Shown one piece after another: positions 63,623-64,000 of a DNA stretch of 64,000 nucleotides. This DNA is from a virus: IMG/VR virus record IMGVR_UViG_3300045988_073070. One strand, given 5' to 3'. The position numbers and the translations under genes are program-made. Position 1 is the first letter of the stretch; every line of letters starts with the position of its first letter. The notes under the pieces were generated by a model. The model was not told the DNA's origin and searched no databases. It saw only the letters and a program-made list of their open reading frames with translations.

Positions 63623-64000
63623 ATGGCTGTAAAGAAAACAGAAAAGAAAGGTGGCGCAGATTTGAGAGCGCAACTCAGACCGACTTCAATCAAGAAGTTG
63701 AAGAAGGTTGTCGATGAAGACAATGAAATGGTAGGTGCTCAAAGTAATGAGTATCTCAACCTTGAGGATGGTAAAACGCTCAAGATTCGCATTTTCCCTG
63801 CACACCCTGGTCAAGAAAACTTCTATGTAGCAAAGAAATGTTACTGGTTGACCGTAGAAGGAAATGACGGAGAGCCGAGACGCACGACCGTTCTTGATTC
63901 CGTAGTTCATGGTGGAACAGAGAAAGACTTGTGTGCCGAGTTCATCAAGTACGCCAAAAAGAAATGGGCAAAGGATTCCGAGAAAATGGAGTGCTTCAGC
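63623..64000 (+). CDS. Partial CDS (5' part), possibly a T4 gp32-like ssDNA-binding protein
   Basis: Hand translation from ATG 63623 is open to the end of the window: MAVKKTEKKGGADLRAQL...YLNLEDGKTLKIRIFPAHPGQENFYVAKKCYWL. The pattern resembles the gp32 N-terminus (KLKLD..G.AVIRFLP). It is absent from the ORF track because there is no stop in the window. Confidence 0.4.
   Translation, partial: MAVKKTEKKGGADLRAQLRPTSIKKLKKVVDEDNEMVGAQSNEYLNLEDGKTLKIRIFPAHPGQENFYVAKKCYWLTVEGNDGEPRRTTVLDSVVHGGTEKDLCAEFIKYAKKKWAKDSEKMECFS

Noticed and set aside
1-64000. CRISPR arrays, integrase/transposase genes, and rRNA or tRNA genes
   Set aside because: I saw no regularly spaced repeats, recombinase motifs or cloverleaf-capable sequences. 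The remaining minus-strand ORFs are all short and antisense to long + strand genes.

Overview
This window is most of the genome of a tailed dsDNA phage, with every credible gene on the + strand. There are no tRNAs, CRISPR arrays, integrases or transposases. The host is probably a member of the Bacteroidota. Three near-identical promoters have the Bacteroidota sigma-A layout (-33 TTTG, 19 nt, -7 TAnnTTTG), and start codons sit behind A/T-rich leaders with no Shine-Dalgarno sequence. Layout: (i) 1-6.9 kb, early genes: UvrD-like helicase, DUF2786-like protein, FEN/5'-3' exonuclease and a candidate thymidine-hypermodification protein. (ii) 6.9-49.5 kb, virion genes of a contractile-tailed phage: portal, MuF-like protein, prohead protease/scaffold, major capsid, sheath, tube, chaperones, tape measure, M23 tail lysin, baseplate, and a 1259-aa fibre with an SASA-type esterase domain. 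A GH108 lysin plus lipoprotein sit inside this block. (iii) 49.9-64 kb, replication and nucleotide metabolism: SF2 helicase, DnaB, primase, sigma factor, Pol III alpha, thymidylate-synthase-like enzyme, HD phosphohydrolase, DUF1599/Nmad1 and a gp32-like SSB. The most interesting signal is a dispersed candidate DNA-hypermodification toolkit. It comprises the TS-like pyrimidine hydroxymethylase, the HD + Nmad1 pair, an aGPT-pyrophosphorylase/5-hmdU-kinase-helical-like protein, and a tightly coupled radical SAM/SPASM - PIG-L deacetylase - GT-B glycosyltransferase trio inside the late head operon. That trio follows the logic of amino-sugar (GlcNAc transfer, then deacetylation) pathways. Other notable items are a kinase-like + ART-like protein and an AAA-like acidic protein in the head module, a hyper-charged 447-aa protein next to the phage sigma factor, conserved leader and promoter motifs, and a 357-bp repeat-rich non-coding junction. 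All family assignments come from motifs read by eye. No database search was run.
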